From: a virus
Lineage: Duplodnaviria > Caudoviricetes
Direction: 5' to 3' (one strand)
Length of the DNA stretch: 61,769 nucleotides
Virus record (IMG/VR): IMGVR_UViG_3300045999_008136
Coordinates: 1-61,769 of that record
The notes under the pieces are model-generated. The model was not told the DNA's origin. It did not search any database and was given only the letters and a program-made list of their open reading frames with translations. Both the position numbers and the translations under genes were made by a program. The first letter of the stretch is position 1. The number at the start of each line of letters is the position of its first letter. Of this stretch, positions 18,764 through 28,352 are shown one piece after another.

Positions 18764-19243
18764 TCACTGGCTGCGAGAGCCACCGAATGAAACGCGGGAC
18801 TGGCGAGTGGGCTTCAGAATGTTCATGCTGTTGTGAGCATTGGCCTTCATCAGCTCGTTGTCGACAGCCTGCAATTGGTCGTTTGCACGCCTGTTGTAAT
18901 ACGCATTGCGCTCTTGAACCGTTTCCTTGGGAATGCGAGCTAGGAGCAGACCTCCCACGCTGATCACGCCAGCATGTCGGCCGTCTTCTACTGTTGGGAC
19001 GTGGTATTCAGGGTATTCGTCCCCACGAACCAGCTCATACCCCTCGCGGAGCTTTCCAGAGACGTTCGTGCGGTCTTCTACCCCTCCTGCTTCGGCCCGA
19101 ATCCAACGGTGCTCGAATCCCGGAGGCGCGGGTGGCGCATCCAGACGAGAAGGCGGTGCCCATGGCTTGCGTCGCGCATCTTTTTCACGCGATTCGGCCG
19201 CGCGGGAAGTGCGATTGAGAACTGGAATTTTGACGTCAGACAT
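18764..19243 (-). CDS. Conserved head-module hypothetical protein
   Basis: WAPPSRLDAPPAPPGFEHRWIR, LREGYELVR, GGLLLARIP. Confidence 0.75.
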   Translation of the reverse strand: MSDVKIPVLNRTSRAAESREKDARRKPWAPPSRLDAPPAPPGFEHRWIRAEAGGVEDRTNVSGKLREGYELVRGDEYPEYHVPTVEDGRHAGVISVGGLLLARIPKETVQERNAYYNRRANDQLQAVDNELMKANAHNSMNILKPTRQSRVSFGGSRSQ

Positions 19244-19246
19244 GGC

Positions 19247-20158
19247 TTACTCCTTCACGTACTTGGCGTATTCCTCAAGCGGAACGCCCAGCTTTTTGGC
19301 AATTGCAACTTGACTCGGAGTCAATCTTACAGTGCGGCGTGCGTTGTTGATACCCGATGATCGGGATGCAGGTGCCACCGTTTGCACGGATCGGGCGGCC
19401 CTGTTAGTTTGCGCTTGCTGCTGGCCTCCACCCAATTTCTGGGGGAAAGTCTGCCTCAAGCGGTTGTCAAGCTCATCATAGTACGCTTCGGTGTTGGGGT
19501 CAAACCCCTCAACCTGAATCAACTGACGATGGATGCCCCACGCTGCGTGGGTCATGGCGGTGTCGCGGCCATACCACGGGTTGCGTTCAGCCCAGTCCTC
19601 GACCCGCGGATCGACTTCCTGCTGGACCTGCACCTGCGGCTGCATGGCGGCCTGCTGGGCAGCGACCTGCTGCTGATAGTTCCATTGAGCTTGGGCCTGC
19701 TCGCGCTGCTGGGATGCCGCGGCGATCTGGCTTTGCTCCATAGTCATGGCGGCCAGGCGCTGCTGGGCTTCCGTTTCGGTGTCGATGTCACCTTCTTCAC
19801 GGGCCTTGCGGATGATCTGCTTGAGGGCAACAACCTGGGTCTGGACGCGGCTGCTGGCCTCGCCAAGGCGCTCGTTGTCGACCGTCATGTACTGCTGCTC
19901 AAGCTGCGTGGCGCGGGCCTGCACGTTCTTGGCGTATTCCAAGGCGGCTTGCTCGCGGCGCTGCGTTTCGCGCAGGCGGGCGGTCAGCTTGTCGATGCGT
20001 TTTTTGACGCCCTCGCTGTACTGATCCAGCTCGCTCGACTGAGGAGCCGATTGCCCCGCTTCCGGGCGGGCTACGACCTCTGCCGTACCGTCCTCTGAGA
20101 CGGCCACGGTGGCAGAACTTTCGTCCTCACCGATTTTGAATTCCAATTCATCGTTCAT
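19247..20158 (-). CDS. Putative scaffolding protein
   Basis: Start MNDELEF; long Gln/Glu coiled coil, C-terminal VRLTPSQVAIAKKLGVPLEEYAKYV. Confidence 0.75.
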   Translation of the reverse strand: MNDELEFKIGEDESSATVAVSEDGTAEVVARPEAGQSAPQSSELDQYSEGVKKRIDKLTARLRETQRREQAALEYAKNVQARATQLEQQYMTVDNERLGEASSRVQTQVVALKQIIRKAREEGDIDTETEAQQRLAAMTMEQSQIAAASQQREQAQAQWNYQQQVAAQQAAMQPQVQVQQEVDPRVEDWAERNPWYGRDTAMTHAAWGIHRQLIQVEGFDPNTEAYYDELDNRLRQTFPQKLGGGQQQAQTNRAARSVQTVAPASRSSGINNARRTVRLTPSQVAIAKKLGVPLEEYAKYVKE

Positions 20159-20168
20159 GGGAGCTCCT

Positions 20169-20642
20169 TTACATGTGCAGAACGTCTTCAGGACTGTTGA
20201 CCACGGCCAGTACCTCATCGTCGTTCAACAGGCGAATTTCTCCGCCGTCGATTGGTATGCGGGCGCCAGCATACCGGCCGAAGATGATCCAGTCGCCTTC
20301 CTTGCACCACGCGCCGGCAGGGAACTTGCCCTCGTCCGCGTATGCCAGGTCGCCCACTTTCAAGACGTAGCCGCACGTAGTGCCGAGCTGTGTCTTGCGC
20401 TGCGTCTCCTCAGCCAGGACGATGCCGCCCTTGGTCTTCTCGGCGCCGCGATAGGGCAGGATGGCAATGCGCCACCCAGTAGGCTTGGGAATGGTATCGA
20501 TGACCGCCTGATCGAGTTTTTCGGGGTCAAACCCCAACTCGGTGTAGGCATCCTCCAAAGCAGGAGGTTTGCTGGCGGCCTCTTCGGCCCATTTGCGTTC
20601 CAGCGCGGTCATTTGTGGTGCAGAAACTTCAGCGGTCTCCAT
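20169..20642 (-). CDS. groES: Co-chaperonin GroES-like protein
   Basis: PTGWRIAI...EKTKGGIVL...VLKVGD...KEGDWIIFGRYAG...LLNDDEVLAVV. Confidence 0.88.
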   Translation of the reverse strand: METAEVSAPQMTALERKWAEEAASKPPALEDAYTELGFDPEKLDQAVIDTIPKPTGWRIAILPYRGAEKTKGGIVLAEETQRKTQLGTTCGYVLKVGDLAYADEGKFPAGAWCKEGDWIIFGRYAGARIPIDGGEIRLLNDDEVLAVVNSPEDVLHM

Positions 20643-20652
20643 TGGTGTCCTT

Positions 20653-20853
20653 TCAGTTGATGAGGTCTTCGTCATCCGTGACCTTCTTGAGAAGCTCTTT
20701 CACGGAATCCTCTACCATCCTCAATCCTTCAAGGCGACCCATCATGAAGCGGTAACGCTCCATGTCTGTGATGGTCCCGTTCAGAACAATCTGCTTCGAT
20801 TGCTCCTGAAGTTTCCTGATTTCCTTCAGAACTGCTTCTGCAAATTCAAGCAT
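20653..20853 (-). CDS. Hypothetical protein
   Basis: 66-aa helical ORF, ERYRFMMGRLEGL. Confidence 0.7.
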   Translation of the reverse strand: MLEFAEAVLKEIRKLQEQSKQIVLNGTITDMERYRFMMGRLEGLRMVEDSVKELLKKVTDDEDLIN

Positions 20854-20912
20854 GGGGATTCCATGAAAAGCAGGTGGTTTAAGGCCCCACCCGTTGGCAC
20901 GGTTGACAGTGT

Positions 20913-21164
20913 TCAGTATATCTTAACTGGACGGTTCCCGTCCTTTTTCTTCACGATCATGGCCGGGCCCTGCACGCCGCCGCCCTTGGCCATCTTCTTG
21001 GTCTTGCCGGCCTTGTCATAAGCAATCGCGGCGGCCTGTTTGACGGCCGCGGCCTTGCTCTTGGGCTTGCTGGTGCCAATCATTCCGTCTTGCTTGTAGT
21101 CGCGCACGATCTCGCCGATGTTGCGACTGATGGTCTTCTGGCTGGAGCCTTTTTTAAGCGGCAT
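20913..21164 (-). CDS. Small basic protein
   Basis: MPLKKGSSQKTISRNI...KQAAAIA...MAKGG. Confidence 0.7.
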   Translation of the reverse strand: MPLKKGSSQKTISRNIGEIVRDYKQDGMIGTSKPKSKAAAVKQAAAIAYDKAGKTKKMAKGGGVQGPAMIVKKKDGNRPVKIY

Positions 21165-23502
21165 TTTGAACTCCCATGGGTGGTTGGTTGACCTTGGCCT
21201 CTTGCAGGGCCAGCTTCTGCTGGTTGAACATCTTGGTGTCTTGCAGCTTCTGCTGGTCCAGGGCCAGGCGCTGCTGGTCGATCTGGTTCTTGGCCTGGTC
21301 GTTCTGCGCGCGCTGCTGCAGCTCTGTCTCCTTGAGCTTGATCAACGGATCGGGGCCCTCTTCGCCCTCGCCAGAAAGCTCCTGCTGCAGGTCCCGCACC
21401 TCTTTCATGCCCAGGGCAATCTTGAGTGCGACCATGCCCTCCTTCTGGATGGCCGAGATCATGCGGTCGGGGTCGGTGCCATAGGTCTTGAACAGCTCTG
21501 CTTCCACGTCTTCCTCGGCCTTGATCCGCACGTGGTCAAGAACGTGCTTCTGCAGTTCTGCCGCGGACAGCGGGTTGGACTGCAGGATGGGGGACATGCC
21601 CATCATCAGGTGACTTGCGATGTGCGCGTCGTGCTGTTGGCCAGCAAAGGCCTTGAGCTTCATGCCATTGAGCACGTCGCTGTTCTCGGACGCCGGATCG
21701 CGCGGTGTGCTGGTGTTCTGGGGCAGCAAGATGCCGTCGATGTCGCGGATGTTGAGCGCCGCGTACATGCGGTAGAAGGCCTCGTACATGTTGTGCATGT
21801 TCGGGGCGCTCTGAGCGAGCTGCAACTGCATCTGGGCAAGCTGGATGCGCTGCGCAGAGCTGAAGATGTTGGGGTCGGCCACCGGCTGCACGCCCACCAT
21901 CGAGTTGAAGTCCGACTTCTTGACCTTGCGACTCGCGCCAGGCACGTCGTAGGGGTACTCGTCGGGCAGGTACTGGCCAAAGCCCTCGAACAGCAGCCGG
22001 AACTCCAGCGTCTGCGCGTAATGCAGGCGTTTGTGGATGCTGGACATGACCATGGAGCCGCGCTCCAGCAGCGCCAGGGTCGTTCCAACCTGCGCGTACT
22101 GGTTGCCGTCGCCAACCTGCATGTCGGCGGTGCTGGACAGGCGCTTGCCGGCGTCCACAAGGAAGCCCAGCAGCGCAAACAGCACCTGGCTGGGCTCTTT
22201 GTAGGGCAGAGGCATCAAAGAGGCCGAAAGCTCGGCGCCACCAGCGTCAATGTCGCGCCATTCGCCCGGCTGGATGGGGTCAGAGTCGTCCGCGATCCGC
22301 GCACCCTTGGCTTTGAAGCCTGCGGGCAGGTTTGCGAGCGTGCCAGCGTCGATCAACTGCCTCAGGGCGCTCGTTGCGGCCTTTCCAAGGCCTCCAATGA
22401 GGTGCACAAAGCCCAAACCATAGGCGCCAGGGCCCTCGACGAGCACGTAGTGGACGTAGTAGTTGCGGCGGCGCTTCTTTTCGTCGTTTTCCTTCCAATT
22501 CCGACGAATTCCGACAACCTTGAGGCTGTCTTCGGCCAGTGTGACCACGTACGGCAGCTTAATTCCGGTGGGTTCGCCCTTTTCGTCCTTGTCCTCGAAG
22601 CCTGGGATGTCCAAATCGACCAGTTGTTCGAGCAAAAACACCTCGCCAACGTCGTCGGTGGGCTGAATGCCCGTCACTTTGTCCACTGCGGCCTTGATTT
22701 GGCTCGGATCGGCCGGTGTGGAGTAGGTTTCAACGGGGATGTCGATGTATTCGCCGGCCAAAGAGCGCTTTTTGTACTCGTTGGCGTCCATCGGAATGCG
22801 GTTCGTGAGCCGCGGGCACTGCGAAACGACGCTTGAACCGTTGTACGGGATGTAGACGTCGTCTGCCAGGCACAGTTTTGACACCATCCGGCCCAGTTGG
22901 TAGTCGTAGTAGACCTTTTTGAAGGTCGAACCGCCGTATCCGGTGTAGAAAAGCTGCTGGTCGAACTCCGGTGTGTACTCCTCCATCACCGTGGTGAGCT
23001 GGTAGTTCATGAAATCCTGCACGCGGCCGGCCTGCTGGAACTTGTCGACCGTTTCTTTGCCCATGATCTGCGTGCGCACAGGGCCGCCAGCGGGCATCAG
23101 CTCCTTCAGAGCCTGCGCCTGGAACTGGATGATGGCTTCGGTGATCATTGGATGCACCGCACCGGCCGCGCCGCGGAATGGCTTGGTGCGTTCTTCGATG
23201 CGCAAGCCCAGCAGATCAAGGCCCTTGGCGTACATCTGCTCCCAATCGGAGCGGGAGGCCTTGTCGGCCTCGAACATGGCGGCCACGTCCAGCGAAATAC
23301 GGGACAAGGCGTCCGGGTCAATGACGTCAACCAGGTTGTCGTAGAAGTCGACCGACTGCGCCTCGTCCTCGCCCATCTCAATGGTGGCGCCACCGTCATC
23401 GTCAATGACCACTTCGATGTCCATTGACGGCTCAGGGATGCCGCCACCCCCTACGATGACCTCCAGGGTCGGGGCGCGGTTGAGTGCTTTGTCGATTGGC
23501 AT
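21154..23502 (-). CDS. Portal protein
   Basis: 782 aa; SRSDWE...GLDLLG, GSTFKKVYYD, LRQLIDAGTLANLPAGFK; between terminase and head genes. Confidence 0.9.
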   Translation of the reverse strand: MPIDKALNRAPTLEVIVGGGGIPEPSMDIEVVIDDDGGATIEMGEDEAQSVDFYDNLVDVIDPDALSRISLDVAAMFEADKASRSDWEQMYAKGLDLLGLRIEERTKPFRGAAGAVHPMITEAIIQFQAQALKELMPAGGPVRTQIMGKETVDKFQQAGRVQDFMNYQLTTVMEEYTPEFDQQLFYTGYGGSTFKKVYYDYQLGRMVSKLCLADDVYIPYNGSSVVSQCPRLTNRIPMDANEYKKRSLAGEYIDIPVETYSTPADPSQIKAAVDKVTGIQPTDDVGEVFLLEQLVDLDIPGFEDKDEKGEPTGIKLPYVVTLAEDSLKVVGIRRNWKENDEKKRRRNYYVHYVLVEGPGAYGLGFVHLIGGLGKAATSALRQLIDAGTLANLPAGFKAKGARIADDSDPIQPGEWRDIDAGGAELSASLMPLPYKEPSQVLFALLGFLVDAGKRLSSTADMQVGDGNQYAQVGTTLALLERGSMVMSSIHKRLHYAQTLEFRLLFEGFGQYLPDEYPYDVPGASRKVKKSDFNSMVGVQPVADPNIFSSAQRIQLAQMQLQLAQSAPNMHNMYEAFYRMYAALNIRDIDGILLPQNTSTPRDPASENSDVLNGMKLKAFAGQQHDAHIASHLMMGMSPILQSNPLSAAELQKHVLDHVRIKAEEDVEAELFKTYGTDPDRMISAIQKEGMVALKIALGMKEVRDLQQELSGEGEEGPDPLIKLKETELQQRAQNDQAKNQIDQQRLALDQQKLQDTKMFNQQKLALQEAKVNQPPMGVQNAA

Positions 23503-23511
23503 GTGGGGTCC

Positions 23512-26500
23512 TTACGGCGCAGGGGCGTTATTGAGTTGATCTTTGTAGGATGTTAACAGCGGGGTCAGGTACCTGTCATCCTCTTTGATCTTCACCGGTT
23601 TGAGATAAGTCTGAAGGAACCTCAGAACGGCCCCGTCGTACTTTTCGGGTGCGGTGTTGCCAGTGGCCCGGCCGTTGCCCTTGATCTGGGTGACTACGGG
23701 ACCGCTTTGCTCCATCTTCACTTCAACGGTGTTGACCGGTCGATTGCGAGCGTCTCGCAGCGTGTAAATCTGGTACAGGCCGCTGTTAAATCCCTCGCGC
23801 TTTTCAGAGGTGTAGGTTGCGCCGCCTAGCTCGTACCCGCCGACAGAGTGGCCCACGTACGCGCCCTCTGGCACAGTGGCCTCGCGCTTTTCAATGCGCT
23901 TCCACGCAAATCCGCCAAGTCCTGAGTCCTTGTCAAACTGTAGCAATGGGCTGCTCACCCCATCTGAAAACACTTTGTCTGGTATTGGCTTGCCCGACTG
24001 AATGCGGCGAATGAGGTTGTCAATCCTGAACTGGTTTTCACCGACTTTTACCCCTCCCCGTACCGCGTCCTCGAAGCGGATGTTATTAAGCTCGCGGGGA
24101 GGCAGGCTGGACAAATAGGTGTTGATGTTTTCAGCGTTGAACAGCGATTTCAGCGTACTGCCCATGTAGCCGACGTCATACACCGGTTCGCCTTTTTCAA
24201 TGGCTGTGCGTACGTTATCTGCCAGCAGGTTCTTGCCTACGTCTTCATAGTCCAAGCCGTGCATCATGCGGCCCTTACCAAACTCGTCATTTGCCCAGGC
24301 CAATTGTTGTTCCGGGGTCATTTTGTTGTAGGCAGACGCTTCCTCAAATGCGGCAAGAAGCGCTTTCGATGAGCCTGTGCCATCCGCTGACGCTATTTTG
24401 CTGGGGTCCGTAATAGAGCGGGCAACAGTCCCGACCAAGGTGTTGATCAGTTCTGGACGGACGCCCTGGGCGATCATCTTGTCCGCCTCTCTTTCGGCGG
24501 CGGTAACGGACATTGAGCGGCCTTGTGCGCTGAGAAAGTTGTACCCAGGCTCAAGGGCCGCGGGGTCTGATGTGATTAAGTTGCCCTTGAGCCCCGTGTC
24601 CCGGTCATAGCGCTTTGTAAAGTCCTCCATGGCCCGTGGGTACTTGGGGAAGAACCTTGACTGGCCCTGCTCATTTACGCGAGTTTTCCCAGCCCCAATC
24701 TGAGCAATCATGTAATCCGGAAACAGCTCGTCCAACACCGAACCTTTTATCTGGTTTTTGGCAATCGCTGCTGCAACAGGATCGTCGGGGGTGCCAAACT
24801 GGCGCGTAAAGTAGTTGCGCGCTTTCTTCTCCCAAAACTCTTTGATCTGATCTTCTTGACTTGCGTTCTGGCCCGCCACGCTGCGAGCATTGTCCACGCC
24901 CCTTCTTAATACCTTCTCAATCTCACTGACATCCTTGTCTAGGCCCACGCGACCGGTGAGCACAGTGCTTCCAACGGGACGCACCGCGTACGACGCACCG
25001 GGCGCGGCCAACTGGCGGTTGTACTGCTGGAAGTCCTTGGCCGCGTCAGAGGCTGCCTCGCCGGCCCTCTGCACTGCCCGTACGCCCGAGCGCGTGACGC
25101 CGGCCGGATTGGTCAGGTTGGACAGCAGTTGCCCGGCGGTGTAGAAGCCCTTGTCGGTGGCGTCCTTCGGCGGCTCAGGGCGCACCTTGGCGGCGGTCAT
25201 CTTTTCCTTGATCCAGTCGCTGCCCATGACAGGCTTGTCGACGCCGTAGCCCAACGGGCGCAGCGCCATGGTGGCGATGTCCACCGGTGCGCCAGCGATG
25301 TCGTAGGGCAGCTCAGTGACGCCCTTGGCCATGTTCACATACGCCTCGCCGGAGTTCAGCGCGCGGCTGATCGGGCCCTGCCTGCGGCCAATGCCGGACT
25401 TGGGCGTGACAAAAGCTGGGCGACTGGCCGCGTCCAGTTCTTCCTGGCTGACCTCGCCCTCTTTGGGGCTGCCTTCGGCGCGCTTGACAGCAGGGCCAAG
25501 GTTAATGTCAACCTGGCGGCCGTAGCCAGGGGGAATCTTTTCGCCGGCATACTCGCGCATCAGGCCGAAGGGCCCAAACGCGCCGTAGTCCCCGGTCCGC
25601 GCTTCTTGGGTCGCGCTCTTGTCGCGCGGGTTGAAGTCATAGGTGTCGGTGACGCGCATGTTTCCAGACGGGTCGACGCTGTAGGTGAACCCGCCCAAGG
25701 TGTTGCGCACGTTGCCCACGGGCGAGCCCAGCGAGAAAAAGCTCGACGTCGCATCTGCGCTCTTGCCCTCTTTGCGCATGTCCTCAACCAGGGCCTGGTA
25801 GTCCTCGTACCGGACAACACCCTTTTGGCCCTTGGCCAACTTCTTCAGGACCTCAAGCTCGTCCTTTGAAAACGACGACTCGGTGATCGGCCCCTTGTTG
25901 CCCTGCACTGACTCCAAGAAGACCTTGCCGGCCGTTGGAAAGGAGCCCGCCGGCAGCCTCTGAGCAATAAAGTCCACGAGCTTGCTGACCCCTGTCACCT
26001 CCGGTTGAGCAGGGGCCTCTTCAGACTTTTTTGCTTCACCTCCCTTCGCAAAGCGCTTCTTGACCAGGCTGTTCTTGGTCAGGGCGGGCTTCTCCAAGGT
26101 CGGCGCGCCCATGGTGTTGCGCATCAGGCCGCGGGCCGTGTTTTCCGCTTCACGGGCCTTGAGCTTGTAGGCCAGGGCCAGCGCTTCCATCTGCGATCGG
26201 GCACTGTCCTCGCCCTTGAGCTCGGGCACCAGGGCCTTGGCCGACATGAGCGACTCAATGCCCATGGTCATTTCCTTGCCGGACTTGGCGCCACCAGAGG
26301 ACTTGGCCACGCGCTTGACGCTGACCTCGTTGGGCGATGCCTTTTTGCTGCCCATCAAGTCCGCCATCATCTTCTGCGCCGAGCCCATGGGGTCGGTGTT
26401 GATCTGCTCTTCCTCGGAGTCAGACATGTTGTAGGCGTTCACGTCGGCCAGGCCGCCTTCGGCAAACAGCAGCGGACTGGCAGGGGCGTAGATGCGGTTG

Positions 26501-28311
26501 CCCAGGCGGTCGGTGATGAAGCCGGCGTTCTCCTGCCCGCCCAGTATCGTCGGTGACAAGTTCTTGTTCGCGCCGATCGCGCCCATGGTGATCTTGCCGG
26601 GCTCCAACGGCATGTCGGGGGAGCCAATGGCCCGCGTGCCAGGGCTGATGCCCTGGCTGGGCGAGGGCGGGGCAATCCCAAAGTAATTCTTCGGGTCAAC
26701 GGCAGGCCCTTTGGGGGCAGCAGGGGGTTGACCAAAAATAGGCATCGGAGTGGGCGTGCGGCCGATGGGGATGTCCGGCAGGGGTGGTGTGACCGCTGAA
26801 GGCGGTGGGGTCACGGGCGAAGGCTTGCTCGGCTGGGGTATGACATCCCCATCGTCCCGAACCCAATCAGAGCTGGGAGGCCGGGTGGCGCCGTCAGGAG
26901 CTGTGTACGTCTCGCCCGTCTTGGTGTTACGCCACTTGACCAGGGCGCTCGTTCCAATCTCATTTGGGTCACGGGTGAAGCCAAAGTTTGGCTTCACTAC
27001 AGAGCTCGGGGGAGGAGCAATGGGGCTTGGTCCGGGGGCCACGAGTCCCGGTCCAGGGGGCTTTGCACCGGTGCGGTTAATCGGGGGGAGGCCCACAATG
27101 GCCCGCATGATGTCCTCTGCGCCCTGCTTGTCATTTCCCTTGAGCCGTGCAATTGCATCGCTCAACTGAGGCTTTTCAGGCATGGGGGCCGGGGCCATTC
27201 TTTTCAACGGAGGAAGCCCCACAATGGCCCGCATGGTGTCCTCTGCACCCTGCTTGTCATTTCCCTTGAGCTGCGCAATCGCGTCGGAAAGCTGCGGCGT
27301 GGCAGGTTTGTTCAAAGCATATCCAGGGCCCCCGGGCTGGTTGTACGTCTCGTTGGACTTGTCGACGGCCTTGATCGCGTCCAATTGGTCCTTGGCCGTA
27401 ACTGATGGGGCGGCAGGAGCCGGGGCCGGTGTGCCCATGACAGGGGCTGAGACCCTTTCTGCAATAGGGATCGGGGCGGCGGCGGGAGCCGGGGCCGGCG
27501 CTGGTGCAGGGGCTGCATTTGAGCGGCCAAAAATCCGGTTCAGGGCCTGGCGAAGTCTGCGGAAGAAAAACTCCGGCAGACCGGTGTCGGGATTGGTGGT
27601 TCCCGATCCGCCCATCTGCTTGAGCAGCTCCACCGACTCGGGCGACAGATAGGCCAGCAGCTCGTCGCCGCCGCGCCCGGCTGCCGCTACACGGTCCACG
27701 GCCTCCATGATCTGCTCTCGGCTCATCCGAGTGTTGTCGCCAAGCTCCTGGGCGATGCCCTCAAACATCTCGTCGTTGTCGTCGCTCTCCACAGGGCCCC
27801 CTTCCGCCATGAACCTGCCGGCCACGGACATCGAACCAAAATTGAACTTGTCAGGATTGCTGGCCACGTCAATGGCCACCGCCCTGCTCGCCGCATCCCT
27901 CTGCGCCCGCTGGCCAGCAGCCTTCTGATACTCCTTGACGTCCGCTTCCTTGAATGCCAGCTCAGGCGCTTTCATGTCAAACGCCTTCAGTGTGGGCTCG
28001 GCCGGCCCGGCATAGTCCTCGGTCCGCGGTCCGGCGTTCCAGTCCTCCACCGCCTTGGCATAGGCGTCGTACTGTGAGCTGTACGGGTTGTAGACCTCTT
28101 CCTGGTACTTGGTCAGGGCGCTGTTGTAGGCCTGGCGCTGGGCTTCGTACGCCTCCAGCTCCTTGGCCCGCTGGTCAAGGTAATTCTTGTCCGAGCCACG
28201 GAGAAAGGCCCGCTGACCGGGGAGGGCAATGCCGCCGATGGCAAAGTTTTGGACAGGCTCCGGCTCGTAGCCTTCGCTCATCTGGTTTGGAGACAGATAT
28301 TGTTCGTCCAT
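23512..28311 (-). CDS. Large multi-domain protein (1599 aa) with C-terminal PcfJ-like domain
   Basis: Pro-rich linkers, internal repeats, EGAYVGHSVGGY...IYTLRD...TVEV...VTQIKG C-terminal pattern. Confidence 0.7.
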   Translation of the reverse strand: MDEQYLSPNQMSEGYEPEPVQNFAIGGIALPGQRAFLRGSDKNYLDQRAKELEAYEAQRQAYNSALTKYQEEVYNPYSSQYDAYAKAVEDWNAGPRTEDYAGPAEPTLKAFDMKAPELAFKEADVKEYQKAAGQRAQRDAASRAVAIDVASNPDKFNFGSMSVAGRFMAEGGPVESDDNDEMFEGIAQELGDNTRMSREQIMEAVDRVAAAGRGGDELLAYLSPESVELLKQMGGSGTTNPDTGLPEFFFRRLRQALNRIFGRSNAAPAPAPAPAPAAAPIPIAERVSAPVMGTPAPAPAAPSVTAKDQLDAIKAVDKSNETYNQPGGPGYALNKPATPQLSDAIAQLKGNDKQGAEDTMRAIVGLPPLKRMAPAPMPEKPQLSDAIARLKGNDKQGAEDIMRAIVGLPPINRTGAKPPGPGLVAPGPSPIAPPPSSVVKPNFGFTRDPNEIGTSALVKWRNTKTGETYTAPDGATRPPSSDWVRDDGDVIPQPSKPSPVTPPPSAVTPPLPDIPIGRTPTPMPIFGQPPAAPKGPAVDPKNYFGIAPPSPSQGISPGTRAIGSPDMPLEPGKITMGAIGANKNLSPTILGGQENAGFITDRLGNRIYAPASPLLFAEGGLADVNAYNMSDSEEEQINTDPMGSAQKMMADLMGSKKASPNEVSVKRVAKSSGGAKSGKEMTMGIESLMSAKALVPELKGEDSARSQMEALALAYKLKAREAENTARGLMRNTMGAPTLEKPALTKNSLVKKRFAKGGEAKKSEEAPAQPEVTGVSKLVDFIAQRLPAGSFPTAGKVFLESVQGNKGPITESSFSKDELEVLKKLAKGQKGVVRYEDYQALVEDMRKEGKSADATSSFFSLGSPVGNVRNTLGGFTYSVDPSGNMRVTDTYDFNPRDKSATQEARTGDYGAFGPFGLMREYAGEKIPPGYGRQVDINLGPAVKRAEGSPKEGEVSQEELDAASRPAFVTPKSGIGRRQGPISRALNSGEAYVNMAKGVTELPYDIAGAPVDIATMALRPLGYGVDKPVMGSDWIKEKMTAAKVRPEPPKDATDKGFYTAGQLLSNLTNPAGVTRSGVRAVQRAGEAASDAAKDFQQYNRQLAAPGASYAVRPVGSTVLTGRVGLDKDVSEIEKVLRRGVDNARSVAGQNASQEDQIKEFWEKKARNYFTRQFGTPDDPVAAAIAKNQIKGSVLDELFPDYMIAQIGAGKTRVNEQGQSRFFPKYPRAMEDFTKRYDRDTGLKGNLITSDPAALEPGYNFLSAQGRSMSVTAAEREADKMIAQGVRPELINTLVGTVARSITDPSKIASADGTGSSKALLAAFEEASAYNKMTPEQQLAWANDEFGKGRMMHGLDYEDVGKNLLADNVRTAIEKGEPVYDVGYMGSTLKSLFNAENINTYLSSLPPRELNNIRFEDAVRGGVKVGENQFRIDNLIRRIQSGKPIPDKVFSDGVSSPLLQFDKDSGLGGFAWKRIEKREATVPEGAYVGHSVGGYELGGATYTSEKREGFNSGLYQIYTLRDARNRPVNTVEVKMEQSGPVVTQIKGNGRATGNTAPEKYDGAVLRFLQTYLKPVKIKEDDRYLTPLLTSYKDQLNNAPAP

Positions 28312-28352
28312 GTGCGACGGCTCCGTGGAAACAGTTCAAGCCATTTTAAGCC

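Noticed and set aside
21118-22836. 572-aa plus-strand ORF, and similar long antisense ORFs such as 53981-55861, 59522-60775, 44112-45053 and 50815-51975
   Set aside because: Shadow frames of real genes caused by GC-rich codon bias; no recognisable motifs
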